A stretch of 64,000 nt of DNA from a bacterium (GTDB taxonomy: Bacteria > Patescibacteriota > Minisyncoccia > Phycocordibacterales > Phycocordibacteraceae), in assembly GCA_021784815.1 (NCBI GenBank), contig JAJYHK010000004.1, positions 16,255-80,254 of the forward strand, read 5' to 3'. How positions within the stretch are numbered: the first letter of the stretch is position 1; each line of letters begins with the position of its first letter. The notes under the pieces are model-generated. The model saw only the letters and a list, made by a program, of their open reading frames with translations, was not told the DNA's origin and ran no database searches. The translations under genes were made by a program, and so were the position numbers. Shown piece after piece: positions 1 to 8,901 of the stretch.

Positions 1-149
1 ACATGGTCGACGGCTTGCGGGCGGTGCTCATCGCAGGCACGAGCGCTGGGATAGCTCTCGATCTCTCGGTTCTTTTCGTGACGACGCTCATCATCTCGCT
101 GTTGAGCGCATACATGTACCCGAAGGTGGTGATGTAGTACTATCTGGAT

Positions 150-731
150 ATGACTAAATTGTTCTCAATCGATACATCAAAAACAGCACTGGTCGTCATA
201 GACTTGCAAAAAGGCATCGCGGCGATGCAGATGGCGCCGCACTCAGCCGTCGACGTCATCGCAAACGCGGCAACGCTCGCGCAGGCGTTCCGAAAAAACG
301 GCGTACCTGTTTTTCTCGTGCGGGTGACGCCCTCGCCTGACAAGAAGGACGCGCTGCACCCGATCACCGACGTGTCAATGCAAATGCGCGATATGCCCGC
401 GGATTGGGCAACCATTGTGCCAGAGCTCGGGCCGGAGCCGACCGATTTTGTTATCACTAAGCACCAGTGGGGCGCTTTCTACGGCACCGAGCTCGACTTG
501 CAATTGCGTCGCCGCGGTATCGATACGATCGTCCTGTGCGGCATCTCTACTAATATCGGCGTTGAGAGCACGGCGCGCTTCGCGTATGAATACGGATACA
601 ACCAAATTTTTGCAGAAGATGCGTGCGCTTCGCAAGACGCATCGGATCATGTGTTCGCCATCGGAAAAATATTCCCGCGGATAGGCAGGGTGCGGAAGAC
701 AAACGAGATCATTGCGGCGATCGCTGGCTGA
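150..731 (+). CDS. Isochorismatase-family cysteine hydrolase
   Basis: N-terminal 'KTALVVIDLQKG' and overall isochorismatase-like layout (193 aa); high-GC native-looking gene. Confidence 0.75.
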   Translation: MTKLFSIDTSKTALVVIDLQKGIAAMQMAPHSAVDVIANAATLAQAFRKNGVPVFLVRVTPSPDKKDALHPITDVSMQMRDMPADWATIVPELGPEPTDFVITKHQWGAFYGTELDLQLRRRGIDTIVLCGISTNIGVESTARFAYEYGYNQIFAEDACASQDASDHVFAIGKIFPRIGRVRKTNEIIAAIAG

Positions 732-743
732 GGGTACGTAACC

Positions 744-834
744 CCGCCGAGATTCGAACTTTTTGGGAAATTAATATCGCTATATTTTAAGCCGTAGGCG
801 AAGGTACGACCCGAGTAGTTAGGATCCCTTCGCC
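744..834. repeat. Type-1 repeat copy A (about 90 bp), contains a tRNA 3'-end-like motif in reverse orientation
   Basis: 'ccgccgagattcgaac...ggaaattaatatcgctatattttaagcc...gcgaagg...cccttcgcc' is about 70% identical to the copy at 3535-3627. Its reverse complement reads GTTCGAATCTCGGCGGGGTTA (T-loop, 3' T-stem and acceptor). Long internal stem ggcgaagg/ccttcgcc. Confidence 0.5.
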
Positions 835-836
835 CC

Positions 837-905
837 CCGCCCGAAGACTTTTGTATCGGACAGACCCGACGGCCTTATTCTAGGCCATTATTACGCAGCA
901 CAATT
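837..905. repeat. Type-2 repeat copy C1 (tRNA-Ser 3'-end/att-like core)
   Basis: 33-nt core 'ccgcccgaagacttttgtatcggacagacccga' is identical to copies at 35350 and 36648. It is followed by 'cggccttattctaggccattatt', as in the 36648 copy. Confidence 0.6.
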
Positions 906-967
906 TTAGGAAATCTAGCCCACCGCGAAGGGATTCGAACTTTGGAGTGATATGCTTTGAGTAAGTT

Positions 968-3565
968 ATGGAGAAAAACGCTGCAATACAACTCAGTCAA
1001 CAAGATTTTCTCGCTCAGATCAAATCTTCAACTGACGGCCTGACTTCGAAAGAAGCCGTAAAACGGCTCACAGAAGCCGGGGCGAATATTCTTGGCAAGA
1101 AGAAGGCGAACGCCCTTGCCGTTCTCGCTCGCCAATTCAAAAGTTCGCTCGTCTATCTTCTCATCGCGGCAAGCGCCATTGCGTATTTCATACAAGACGT
1201 CCAGGACGGCACCATCATTCTCGTCATTCTTCTTGTCAACACCGGGCTCGGCTTCTATCAGGAGTACAAATCTGAGCGCATTATCGAGAAGCTCACGCAG
1301 TTCATCACGAAACAGGTGCGCGTAAAGCGCGATGGGCAATTCTCGCTCGTTGACGAATCGCAGGTTGTGCCCGGTGACGTGTTGCAAATGCACGAGGGCG
1401 ATATCGCGTCCGCCGACATGCGCCTTTTCGAAGCAACGGGACTGCAGATCAACGAGTCTCAGCTCACCGGCGAATCGGTACCAGCCGTGAAGCAACCTGC
1501 CGGAGACAGGGTATCGGAAGATAATCTTGTTTTTGCGGGAAGCGTCGTCGAGAAAGGCGAGGGTATCGGCATCGTCTATGCCACCGGCCGGGATACCCAG
1601 CTAGGAGAGATTGCCAAACTTTCAACCGAGACGAAGAAGCAAACGCAGTACGAGAAGTTTCTTCAGTCATTCAGTTCGCAATTGATGCGAGTCATTCTCT
1701 CCGTGCTTGCCCTTGTTTTTGTCGCGAAGCTCTTTCTGACCCACGGCACCTCGAATATCACCGAGCTCCTTCTCTTTATCATCGCTCTTGCGGTCTCAAC
1801 GGTGCCCGAAGTCCTGCCCGTCATCGCGACCGTTACGCTCTCAAGCGGAGCATTGAGGCTTGCCAAAAAGCATGTCGTGGTGAAGCGTCTCTCCGCTATG
1901 GAAGACTTCGGCAATGTGAATCTCCTGTGCACTGACAAGACCGGCACCCTCACGGAAAATAAAATGACCGTGAGCAAGCTCGTCTCTTCGGATGGTGCAT
2001 TATTCCAGAGGTTTGCGTTCGCTTGTATTGCACCCATCAAACACCGCAAGCACCGAACTTCCAATTCATACGACGACGCATTCATCGCATTCGTATCGCC
2101 CGCGCTCCAAAAAGAGGCATCGCGCCTCAGCATTGTGAAAGAGCTGCCGTTCGATCCAGCGGATCGGCGCCGGCGCGTCGTGCTCGAAGACAAGAAGAGC
2201 GGCGAGCATTTTCTGGTCGTGATCGGGGCGCCAGAAGTCTTGTTGCACATAGCTCACACGCCGCAGCATGCGAAGTATCAGCATGATATCTCGCTTGAGG
2301 GTAAAACCGGTCTGCATCATCTGGCGATCGCGTACAAGAAAGTGGCGTACGGCGATGACTTCGATATCTTGAAGAACGAAACAGATCTCTCATTTTTGGG
2401 ATACGTCAGCCTGCTCGATCCGCTGCGGCCGTCTGTGAAAGGCACGATCGCGCGTGCGGCGAAACTCGGTATTAAGATTAAAATACTCACGGGTGATAGC
2501 CGCGAGGTCGCTGAGTATGTCGGCAAAGAAGTCGGACTCATGCAAGAAGGCGGCAAAGTCTACCTCGGCAGCGAGCTTGAGGCGATGCCGGCCGAAGAAT
2601 TCAAGACAGCGGTATTTGACAGCGACATTTTCGCTCGTGTCTCTCCCGAGCAAAAATTCAAGATCATCGAAACGCTCAAAGAGCGGTATACCGTTGCGTA
2701 TCAGGGCGACGGCATCAACGATGCCCCCGCGCTAAAGCTTGCCGACGTGGCGATCGCGGTGAACACAGCGACCGATATCGCCAAAGAGAATGCCGACGTC
2801 GTGCTCCTCAACCGCAGTCTCGAAGTCATTATTGGCGGGATCACGTATGGCCGCTCGATCTTCGTCAACGTAAACAAGTACATCCGGTATACAATGGGCA
2901 ACAACTTCGGCGTTCTCATCGGCCTCTCGGGGCTTTACCTGTTTTCCATCAATCTCCCCATCCTTCCCGTGCAGGCGCTTCTGAACAATCTCCTTGGCGA
3001 TATTCCGCTCGTCATGGTCTCGACGGACACCGTCGAGGACGAGGAGGTGGTCGCGCCGGAGCGGCACAACGTGAAGGAACTCATGTTCATCTCGCTTATA
3101 CTCGGCGTACCGACGGCGCTGTTCGAGATACTGTACTTCGCTCTGATCCGATCGCAGCCGGTCGCGTCCGTGCAGACAAGCCTGTATGTGTTCCTCACGT
3201 TCCAGGCACTCATCATTTTCTTTGCCGTTCGCAACAAAAAACATTTCTGGAAGGCGAAGGCTCCGTCAATGATTCTCGATATTTCATTCGCCCTCGCGTT
3301 TGTTTTCGCGCTCGGCATCATCTATGTGCCGCAGTTTGAAATATGGTTCTCGTTCGTTCCGATTTCCGCAGCAGCCATAGGCACCATCGCTGTCCTCATG
3401 ATGCTTTATTTCATTGCCGTTGATTATGTGAAGACATGGTACTATCGAGCACAAACGCAAATGCCCGAACCCTCGTATATTTCCGGTGTCGCTAGGGTGT
3501 ATACGGACGTGACGAGTGGTTTAATAGGCAGAACCCACCGAGATTCGAACCAACCTCGGAAATAG
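968..3565 (+). CDS. P-type cation-transporting ATPase (HAD-like P-type ATPase)
   Basis: Phosphorylation motif 'CTDKTGTLT' and hinge 'GDGINDAPALKLADVAIAV'; about 10 TM segments. Visibly lower GC than neighbours. The last ~10 codons run into repeat copy B, so the true C-terminus may be earlier. Confidence 0.85.
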   Translation: MEKNAAIQLSQQDFLAQIKSSTDGLTSKEAVKRLTEAGANILGKKKANALAVLARQFKSSLVYLLIAASAIAYFIQDVQDGTIILVILLVNTGLGFYQEYKSERIIEKLTQFITKQVRVKRDGQFSLVDESQVVPGDVLQMHEGDIASADMRLFEATGLQINESQLTGESVPAVKQPAGDRVSEDNLVFAGSVVEKGEGIGIVYATGRDTQLGEIAKLSTETKKQTQYEKFLQSFSSQLMRVILSVLALVFVAKLFLTHGTSNITELLLFIIALAVSTVPEVLPVIATVTLSSGALRLAKKHVVVKRLSAMEDFGNVNLLCTDKTGTLTENKMTVSKLVSSDGALFQRFAFACIAPIKHRKHRTSNSYDDAFIAFVSPALQKEASRLSIVKELPFDPADRRRRVVLEDKKSGEHFLVVIGAPEVLLHIAHTPQHAKYQHDISLEGKTGLHHLAIAYKKVAYGDDFDILKNETDLSFLGYVSLLDPLRPSVKGTIARAAKLGIKIKILTGDSREVAEYVGKEVGLMQEGGKVYLGSELEAMPAEEFKTAVFDSDIFARVSPEQKFKIIETLKERYTVAYQGDGINDAPALKLADVAIAVNTATDIAKENADVVLLNRSLEVIIGGITYGRSIFVNVNKYIRYTMGNNFGVLIGLSGLYLFSINLPILPVQALLNNLLGDIPLVMVSTDTVEDEEVVAPERHNVKELMFISLILGVPTALFEILYFALIRSQPVASVQTSLYVFLTFQALIIFFAVRNKKHFWKAKAPSMILDISFALAFVFALGIIYVPQFEIWFSFVPISAAAIGTIAVLMMLYFIAVDYVKTWYYRAQTQMPEPSYISGVARVYTDVTSGLIGRTHRDSNQPRK

Positions 3566-3627
3566 AATCGCTATGTTTTAAGCCACGAGCGAAGGGGTGA
3601 CTCGAAGCTTTCGTGTCCCTTCGCTCC
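3535..3627. repeat. Type-1 repeat copy B
   Basis: 'ccaccgagattcgaaccaacctcggaaatagaatcgctatgttttaagcc...gagcgaaggg...cccttcgctc' is homologous to copy A. Reverse complement contains GGTTCGAATCTCGGTGGGTTC. Confidence 0.5.
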
Positions 3628-4307
3628 GCGGGAAATTTAAAGTATCGAGTGTTCGACGCGCCTATGTTAAACAGAGTTTACTTAAAGGGCCAATATGGTG
3701 TAGAGTCCATATACATGAACTATCAAAAAGGGTTGGCGGCAATCTGGATGATCGCACTTCTAATCATCGTCATTACGGGGGGCCGCTTATTGGTATTTGA
3801 GCCAGAGCCCAGTACAACCAACAGCTACCTCAACGACAGAATTGCAAACTCAGCAAGCATATCCCTCTCAATCAGGTCAGACTACTCAAGCGCAAACGAA
3901 CGAGCAAAATACGAACGTGCGATCTCAAACTACTACTGAAGTTAATCAGCAGACGAGCGATAATTCGACTTCTCCGACTCCTCAGTCTGTGACAGTTTCA
4001 AACCAAAATGGTCGGATGACCGCGACACCAACGGCTTCTAATACGTGGCAGTTTACTTTCGGCGGTCCGTTTGCAGAACAGCAGCAAAGCTACGTCTTGG
4101 ATTATGGTGACGGCACGTCACAGGTTAGCGTGCAGTGCAAAACCATGGCAACTAACGGCCAACCTGTCTGTAGTCAGCTTGCGCCGCTCACACACACACG
4201 TATTCGAAAGCCGGAACGTATCAGGTCCGGCTGATGGAAACGTTTGTCGGCGTCGGTCCTGGCAACGAACAAACGACCACGTTGCTGACATTGCAAGTGG
4301 CGAATTA
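3613..4307 (+). pseudogene. Disrupted or phase-variable membrane-anchored secreted protein (two compensating frameshifts)
   Basis: Frame 1 encodes a TM anchor 'AAIWMIALLIIVITGG' (3613-3939). Frame 2 carries a 146-codon open Q/T/S-rich linker plus globular part (3764-4234). Frame 1 resumes at 4171-4307 ('YSKAGTYQVRLMETFVGVGPGNEQ...'). The shift windows contain a G6 run (3777-3782) and a (CA)5 run (~4189-4199). Confidence 0.45.
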
Positions 4308-4495
4308 GAATCTTTTTCTGACCGTTCTCCCTCGTTTTGTAACGTCGCCAACTCGCCGGGAAACCCTTGTGGGGCCTGATGGGTTTTGGTTCCTCCTCAC
4401 TAGGCACCTAAATCAATCTGTCAAACAACAAAGGAAAGTGAGATCGTGCCGCTTTCTACCAAGAATTAAAATTAATTTCACAAAGACTTCCTTCT

Positions 4496-4891
4496 ATGGA
4501 TAGAATCGATGTTGCTCAAAATAATCTGGGTGGTGACGAGGGCGGGGAACCTGTCGTAGCATCTACTTACTCGTTTGAGTTCGCGCGCGAAGATTTCGCA
4601 AAACATCGGGAGATAAAAGACAAGCTCCTCAAGGTCTTGTCATATGGGGGGTTCTGCACCTCAACTGTGATAACTGTTCTATCTATTACACTCGTGCTGC
4701 TGTTGCCTACTTTGAGTGAAAGGCCGATGTTTCTGGTGCTCGCTCTTGGTCTTGCAATATGGGTAGCGGCATCTGTGGCAGCTGGAATCGCAGGAGCCGG
4801 GATATTCTACTTTTTTGTGTTTCATCATGTTTCATTACAGAACCGAGATACGGAGACTCACAAAGAAAGAAAGGGCTCTCTATTTTCTTAG
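4496..4891 (+). CDS. Hypothetical membrane protein
   Basis: 131-aa ORF with two hydrophobic segments. A stop-embedded hairpin 'ctctcta-ttttc-ttagagag' lies at 4874-4896. AT-rich island context. Confidence 0.35.
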   Translation: MDRIDVAQNNLGGDEGGEPVVASTYSFEFAREDFAKHREIKDKLLKVLSYGGFCTSTVITVLSITLVLLLPTLSERPMFLVLALGLAIWVAASVAAGIAGAGIFYFFVFHHVSLQNRDTETHKERKGSLFS

Positions 4892-4979
4892 AGAGAAGAA
4901 TCAAGTAAGTACCGTTTCGATATTTTATGCGGCATCCTCGCAGCATAGAACATTTCCTAAAACTCATTTCAATGATAAT

Positions 4980-5098
4980 GGCGAGTGAAAACGGCAAAAA
5001 TCCGTCGGGAGGCTCAATGAGGCCGTTTTAGCGTACCTGAGGTACGGGGAAACGGACGAAGCCGAGCCGCAGCAGGATTTTTGCCGTTTTCACTCGCC
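4980..5098. repeat. Perfect 24-bp inverted repeat flanking a 71-bp spacer (MITE-like or structured RNA element)
   Basis: 'ggcgagtgaaaacggcaaaaatcc' (4980-5003) is the exact reverse complement of 'ggatttttgccgttttcactcgcc' (5075-5098). Inner palindrome 'cgtacctgaggtacg'. Confidence 0.6.
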
Positions 5099-5191
5099 AA
5101 TACATAAAGGAAACGTTTAGCCCCACAAACGAGTTTACTAGCGTTAGGGAGAAGTCCTCTCTAAACCCATAATGTAAGAAAGGGTCATTCT

Positions 5192-5878
5192 ATGGTAGTT
5201 CCACGATGCCTGGTCATCATACCGGATGGAAATCGGAGGTGGGCTCGTTCGCATAATTTGACCCGATCCATAGGCCATGCTCGCGGTCTTGTAAACTGCC
5301 GAACGATAGCTGCTGAAGCTTTTAATCTTGGCGTTGAACACGTTGTCATTTGGGCTGCCTCGGAAGCAAATCTGAAGAACCGCGACTCGCAAGAAATTGC
5401 GAATCTGTTTGTCTTGTTAAAAACCGAGCTAACGTATCGCTCAAAACAAAGAGAAAAGATAGGCGTTCATCTCTGTGGCATATTACAAAAGCAAAATGGG
5501 AGAATCGATACCGAATTTGAAGATCTTGTGAGAGGGGTCCAACAAAGAACCGCACATTTTGATCAGCACCTTACTATACTGTTCGGGTATAGTGGCGTGA
5601 CTGAACTTGTCGTTGCGGCAGAAAAGGCAGCGAAGGAAGGTCCTCCCACCGAGGCGTCCATTCGGAAGCATCTCTGGACCTCCCATTTGCCCGATGTTGA
5701 TCTTTTGATACGTACAGGTGTCGAGGGGGATCCTCATTGGTCCGATTTGCTTCTGCCATGGCAATTACGCAATACGCAGCTCTATTTCAGCGAAGTGTAT
5801 TGGCCAGCGTTCACCGTACAGCACCTCCAGGGAGCATTTGAGGATTATAGCGCGCGTGTTCGTAGAGCGGGCGCTTGA
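5192..5878 (+). CDS. uppS: Undecaprenyl-diphosphate synthase (cis-prenyltransferase)
   Basis: Signature 'IIPDGNRRWA' near the N-terminus; 228 aa. Confidence 0.8.
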   Translation: MVVPRCLVIIPDGNRRWARSHNLTRSIGHARGLVNCRTIAAEAFNLGVEHVVIWAASEANLKNRDSQEIANLFVLLKTELTYRSKQREKIGVHLCGILQKQNGRIDTEFEDLVRGVQQRTAHFDQHLTILFGYSGVTELVVAAEKAAKEGPPTEASIRKHLWTSHLPDVDLLIRTGVEGDPHWSDLLLPWQLRNTQLYFSEVYWPAFTVQHLQGAFEDYSARVRRAGA

Positions 5879-5885
5879 GGTCGTC

Positions 5886-6428
5886 TTATAGACGACCTCT
5901 TTTATTTGCATGACTCGGTGCGTTTTCCAGGACGCGGCGCAGATATCGCCACTCATGCCAGGTGAGCGCAATAACGATCAGGTCGAGGACGGTGATGAAG
6001 ATAAGGAGAATCGAGTGCGTTGAGGTATAGCGGTAAATCTGATAGGCGACAAAGAGACAAAAGACGGCTATGGCGGTCGGATAATACCAGAGCCGCTTGC
6101 GTAGGAGACCGACGATGAGCCAGAGCTTCACGATGCCGTGAGCGAGGAGGTATATCGCCGCGAAGTCTCGAGCCCCTACGGACAAGCTTTGGGCGGTATG
6201 GAGCAGGTAGCGTGCGACCTTATCATGCGGGTCCTCGGCAAACTCCGCCTTCGTAACCCACAGGACCATCCGTACCAGAAACTCTTTCGATACGAAATAA
6301 GTGGCGATACCCGAGAGTATCTCTCCGAGCGCGGAAAAAGCTTTCAGCCACAGGCTGACATCGAAAACCAAGTGAATGTTCTTCTCGCTAAACAATCGTT
6401 TTATGCTAAAGGCATTTGTAGGCGGCAT
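5886..6428 (-). CDS. Multi-pass membrane protein (DUF2127-like)
   Basis: 180 aa with 4-5 TM helices. Confidence 0.45.
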   Translation of the reverse strand: MPPTNAFSIKRLFSEKNIHLVFDVSLWLKAFSALGEILSGIATYFVSKEFLVRMVLWVTKAEFAEDPHDKVARYLLHTAQSLSVGARDFAAIYLLAHGIVKLWLIVGLLRKRLWYYPTAIAVFCLFVAYQIYRYTSTHSILLIFITVLDLIVIALTWHEWRYLRRVLENAPSHANKRGRL

Positions 6429-6513
6429 GGGCTAATAGTACCGCGACCGAAGAGGTGATTTGGCTACAAGACCTCTCTCCATAACTCTTTCGGGTGCGCT
6501 ATGATTCTCTGCA

Positions 6514-8901
6514 ATGCAGGCGGATACTATGGAAGCTCCGAAGGTTGTCGGCGCGCTCGATAATCAGTTCAAGGGGCTGGTGAGCGGGGAGCTTGAGGCG
6601 CTGCGTGAACGGTACGGCTACAACGAGCTTCCGGAATTTCGCGAGAACCCGTTTATACAGTATCTCAAGAATTTCTGGGGCCCGCTCCCGTGGCTCATGG
6701 AGCTCATCGTGGTCGTCACCTATCTGTCGGGCAACCAAGTGGAGGCGTTCATTATCGTGGCGCTACTCCTCGTGAATAGCGGGATCAACCTCGTCCAGCG
6801 CCATTCGGCCGATAGAGCGCTCGCGACGCTGCGCAAGGCGATCGAGGTTACCGCGCGGGTGAAGCGCGATGGCGCGTGGCAGGTCATTGCCGCTCGCGAG
6901 CTCCTCCCGGGAGACGTTGTGCGCCTGCGCGCGGGCGACGTGATGCCAGCCGATGCAACGCTTCTTGAAGGTTCGGTGAGCGTGGACCTTTCTGCGCTCA
7001 CCGGCGAATCGCTGCCGCGGGATCTCGGGGTCGAGGAAAACGCCTACTCCGGCGGCATCGTACGCCGGGGCGAAGCGACGGCCCGCGTAACAGCGACAGG
7101 GAAGCAGACGCGCTACGGGAAGACGACGCAGCTCCTCGAGACGGCCCATCCGCCGACCCATATGGAGAAGATCGTCTTTGCTATCATTCGGTACTTCTTT
7201 CTCATTAACGTGTGCGTGGCGGTCGGCATCACCGTATTCGGCGTGCTTGTCCGCGCGTCGAGTATACAAATCGCCAATTATGACATCGTCCTCCTGCTCA
7301 TGTCGGTACCTGTAGCATTCCCGACGATGTTTATTGTCGCGCAGACCTACGGGGCGCTCCAGCTCGGGGTCGACAGCGGCACAGGCGGCGATACGGGCAA
7401 GCGTGTGCTCACGCGGCGCTTGGGCGCGGTGCAGGAAGCAGCGGTCATGGACGTGCTTTGTAGCGATAAGACCGGCACGCTCACGCTCAATCAGCTCGCG
7501 GTTTCCGCGCTTACCACCTACGGAACCTACGACGAAGCGCGCCTACTCGGTCTCGCATCGGCGGCGAGCGACACGGCCGATAAGGACTCCATCGACCAGG
7601 CTATTTTGGACCGTGCCGCGGAGATAGGCGCCGTCGTTCCGGTACGCGCAAGCTTCACCCCCTTTGATCCCTCGACGAAGCGTACGCACGCTGACGTGAT
7701 GGACGGCAACGTACCGACGGCCGTTGAAAAGGGCCTTGCCGATCTACTGCTTTCTCCCGATGTACGCTACGCGGATGCGGCGTTGTGCGATGTGGCCGAA
7801 CTAAGCACGAGGGGGCTCCGCGTGCTCGCGGTCGTCGTCTCACACGCACAGGTGGGGAAAGAGTGTGCTGGGCTCATTGGCCTCAGTGATCCGATTCGTC
7901 CCGATGCCCCCGCGCTCATTCGCGAGCTCGGCGAGCTCGGCGTGCGGATCGTCATGATTACGGGGGATGGCCGCGTGACCGCCCGCGCGGTCGCACGCGA
8001 ACTTAGTATCGAAGGCGACGTCTACACGGCGGACGAATTGAAGAGGAATCCCGATATAGCGCTCACGGGCGCCGTGTTTGCAGAAGCATATCCCGAAGAT
8101 AAGCTCACGATCATCGAGGCGCTCCAGAGGGCCGGCCACATCGTCGGCATGACAGGCGACGGGGTCAACGATGCACCAGCGCTCCATCGTGCCGAGGTGG
8201 GCATTGCGGTCCTTGGGGCGACCGAGGTTGCCAAGCAGGCGGCGAGCTTTATTTTAACGAGCGGGGGCCTCGAAGGAGTGCGCCGGGTCGTCACCGCGGG
8301 TCGCAGAGTCTATACGAGAATCCACACCTGGGTGCTCAATAAGATCGTTAAATCGATCGAATCGCTCTTCATCGGCACGGTCATTTTCGTACTTACCCAC
8401 TCGTACGTTCTCTCGCCGCTCATTGCCATTCTTATTCTCCTCTCAAACGATTTTGTCACCATATCGCTCGCCGCCGACCACACAAAGCCGATCCGCCGGC
8501 CGGTCCGGTGGAATATCCCTCTTCTGGTTGTAGGATCCTTCGTTATTGCGTTTGTGCCCTACACGTTTACCATGGGTCTCTACCTGCTTGCCCGGCATGA
8601 CGGCTACTCCTTTGCGGTGGTGCGGACCGTGGTGTACGCGTCGCTCATTTATCTCGGCGCAAGCACGGTTCTCGCCGTCCGTGCCTGGCCCTTCGGCTGG
8701 AGCGTGCGGCCAAAAGGAGTCCTCGTCGCTGCGCTCTTGTTTTCGCTCGCGTTCTCGTCGGTTGTTGCGGGGTTCGGCATATTCATCGCGCCGCTGCCTT
8801 TACGATTCTTCCCGTTCGTTATCTTAAGCACTCTCGCGAGCTTCTTCCTCATCGAGCTCGTGAAGCGTATCTCGTTTATTCAGGCGTCCGTGGGGGTTTA
8901 G
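6514..8901 (+). CDS. P-type ATPase (plasma-membrane type, H+/Mg2+-like)
   Basis: 'CSDKTGTLTLNQ' phosphorylation site and 'MTGDGVNDAPALHRAEVGIAV'; 795 aa; high GC like the core genome. Confidence 0.85.
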   Translation: MQADTMEAPKVVGALDNQFKGLVSGELEALRERYGYNELPEFRENPFIQYLKNFWGPLPWLMELIVVVTYLSGNQVEAFIIVALLLVNSGINLVQRHSADRALATLRKAIEVTARVKRDGAWQVIAARELLPGDVVRLRAGDVMPADATLLEGSVSVDLSALTGESLPRDLGVEENAYSGGIVRRGEATARVTATGKQTRYGKTTQLLETAHPPTHMEKIVFAIIRYFFLINVCVAVGITVFGVLVRASSIQIANYDIVLLLMSVPVAFPTMFIVAQTYGALQLGVDSGTGGDTGKRVLTRRLGAVQEAAVMDVLCSDKTGTLTLNQLAVSALTTYGTYDEARLLGLASAASDTADKDSIDQAILDRAAEIGAVVPVRASFTPFDPSTKRTHADVMDGNVPTAVEKGLADLLLSPDVRYADAALCDVAELSTRGLRVLAVVVSHAQVGKECAGLIGLSDPIRPDAPALIRELGELGVRIVMITGDGRVTARAVARELSIEGDVYTADELKRNPDIALTGAVFAEAYPEDKLTIIEALQRAGHIVGMTGDGVNDAPALHRAEVGIAVLGATEVAKQAASFILTSGGLEGVRRVVTAGRRVYTRIHTWVLNKIVKSIESLFIGTVIFVLTHSYVLSPLIAILILLSNDFVTISLAADHTKPIRRPVRWNIPLLVVGSFVIAFVPYTFTMGLYLLARHDGYSFAVVRTVVYASLIYLGASTVLAVRAWPFGWSVRPKGVLVAALLFSLAFSSVVAGFGIFIAPLPLRFFPFVILSTLASFFLIELVKRISFIQASVGV

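Noticed and set aside
744-834. Possible minus-strand tRNA genes within the type-1 repeats (T-loop GTTCGAATC present)
   Set aside because: No 5' T-stem partner, D-arm or anticodon arm can be formed. Only the 3' about 20 nt are tRNA-like, so they were treated as att-site or pseudo-tRNA fragments.
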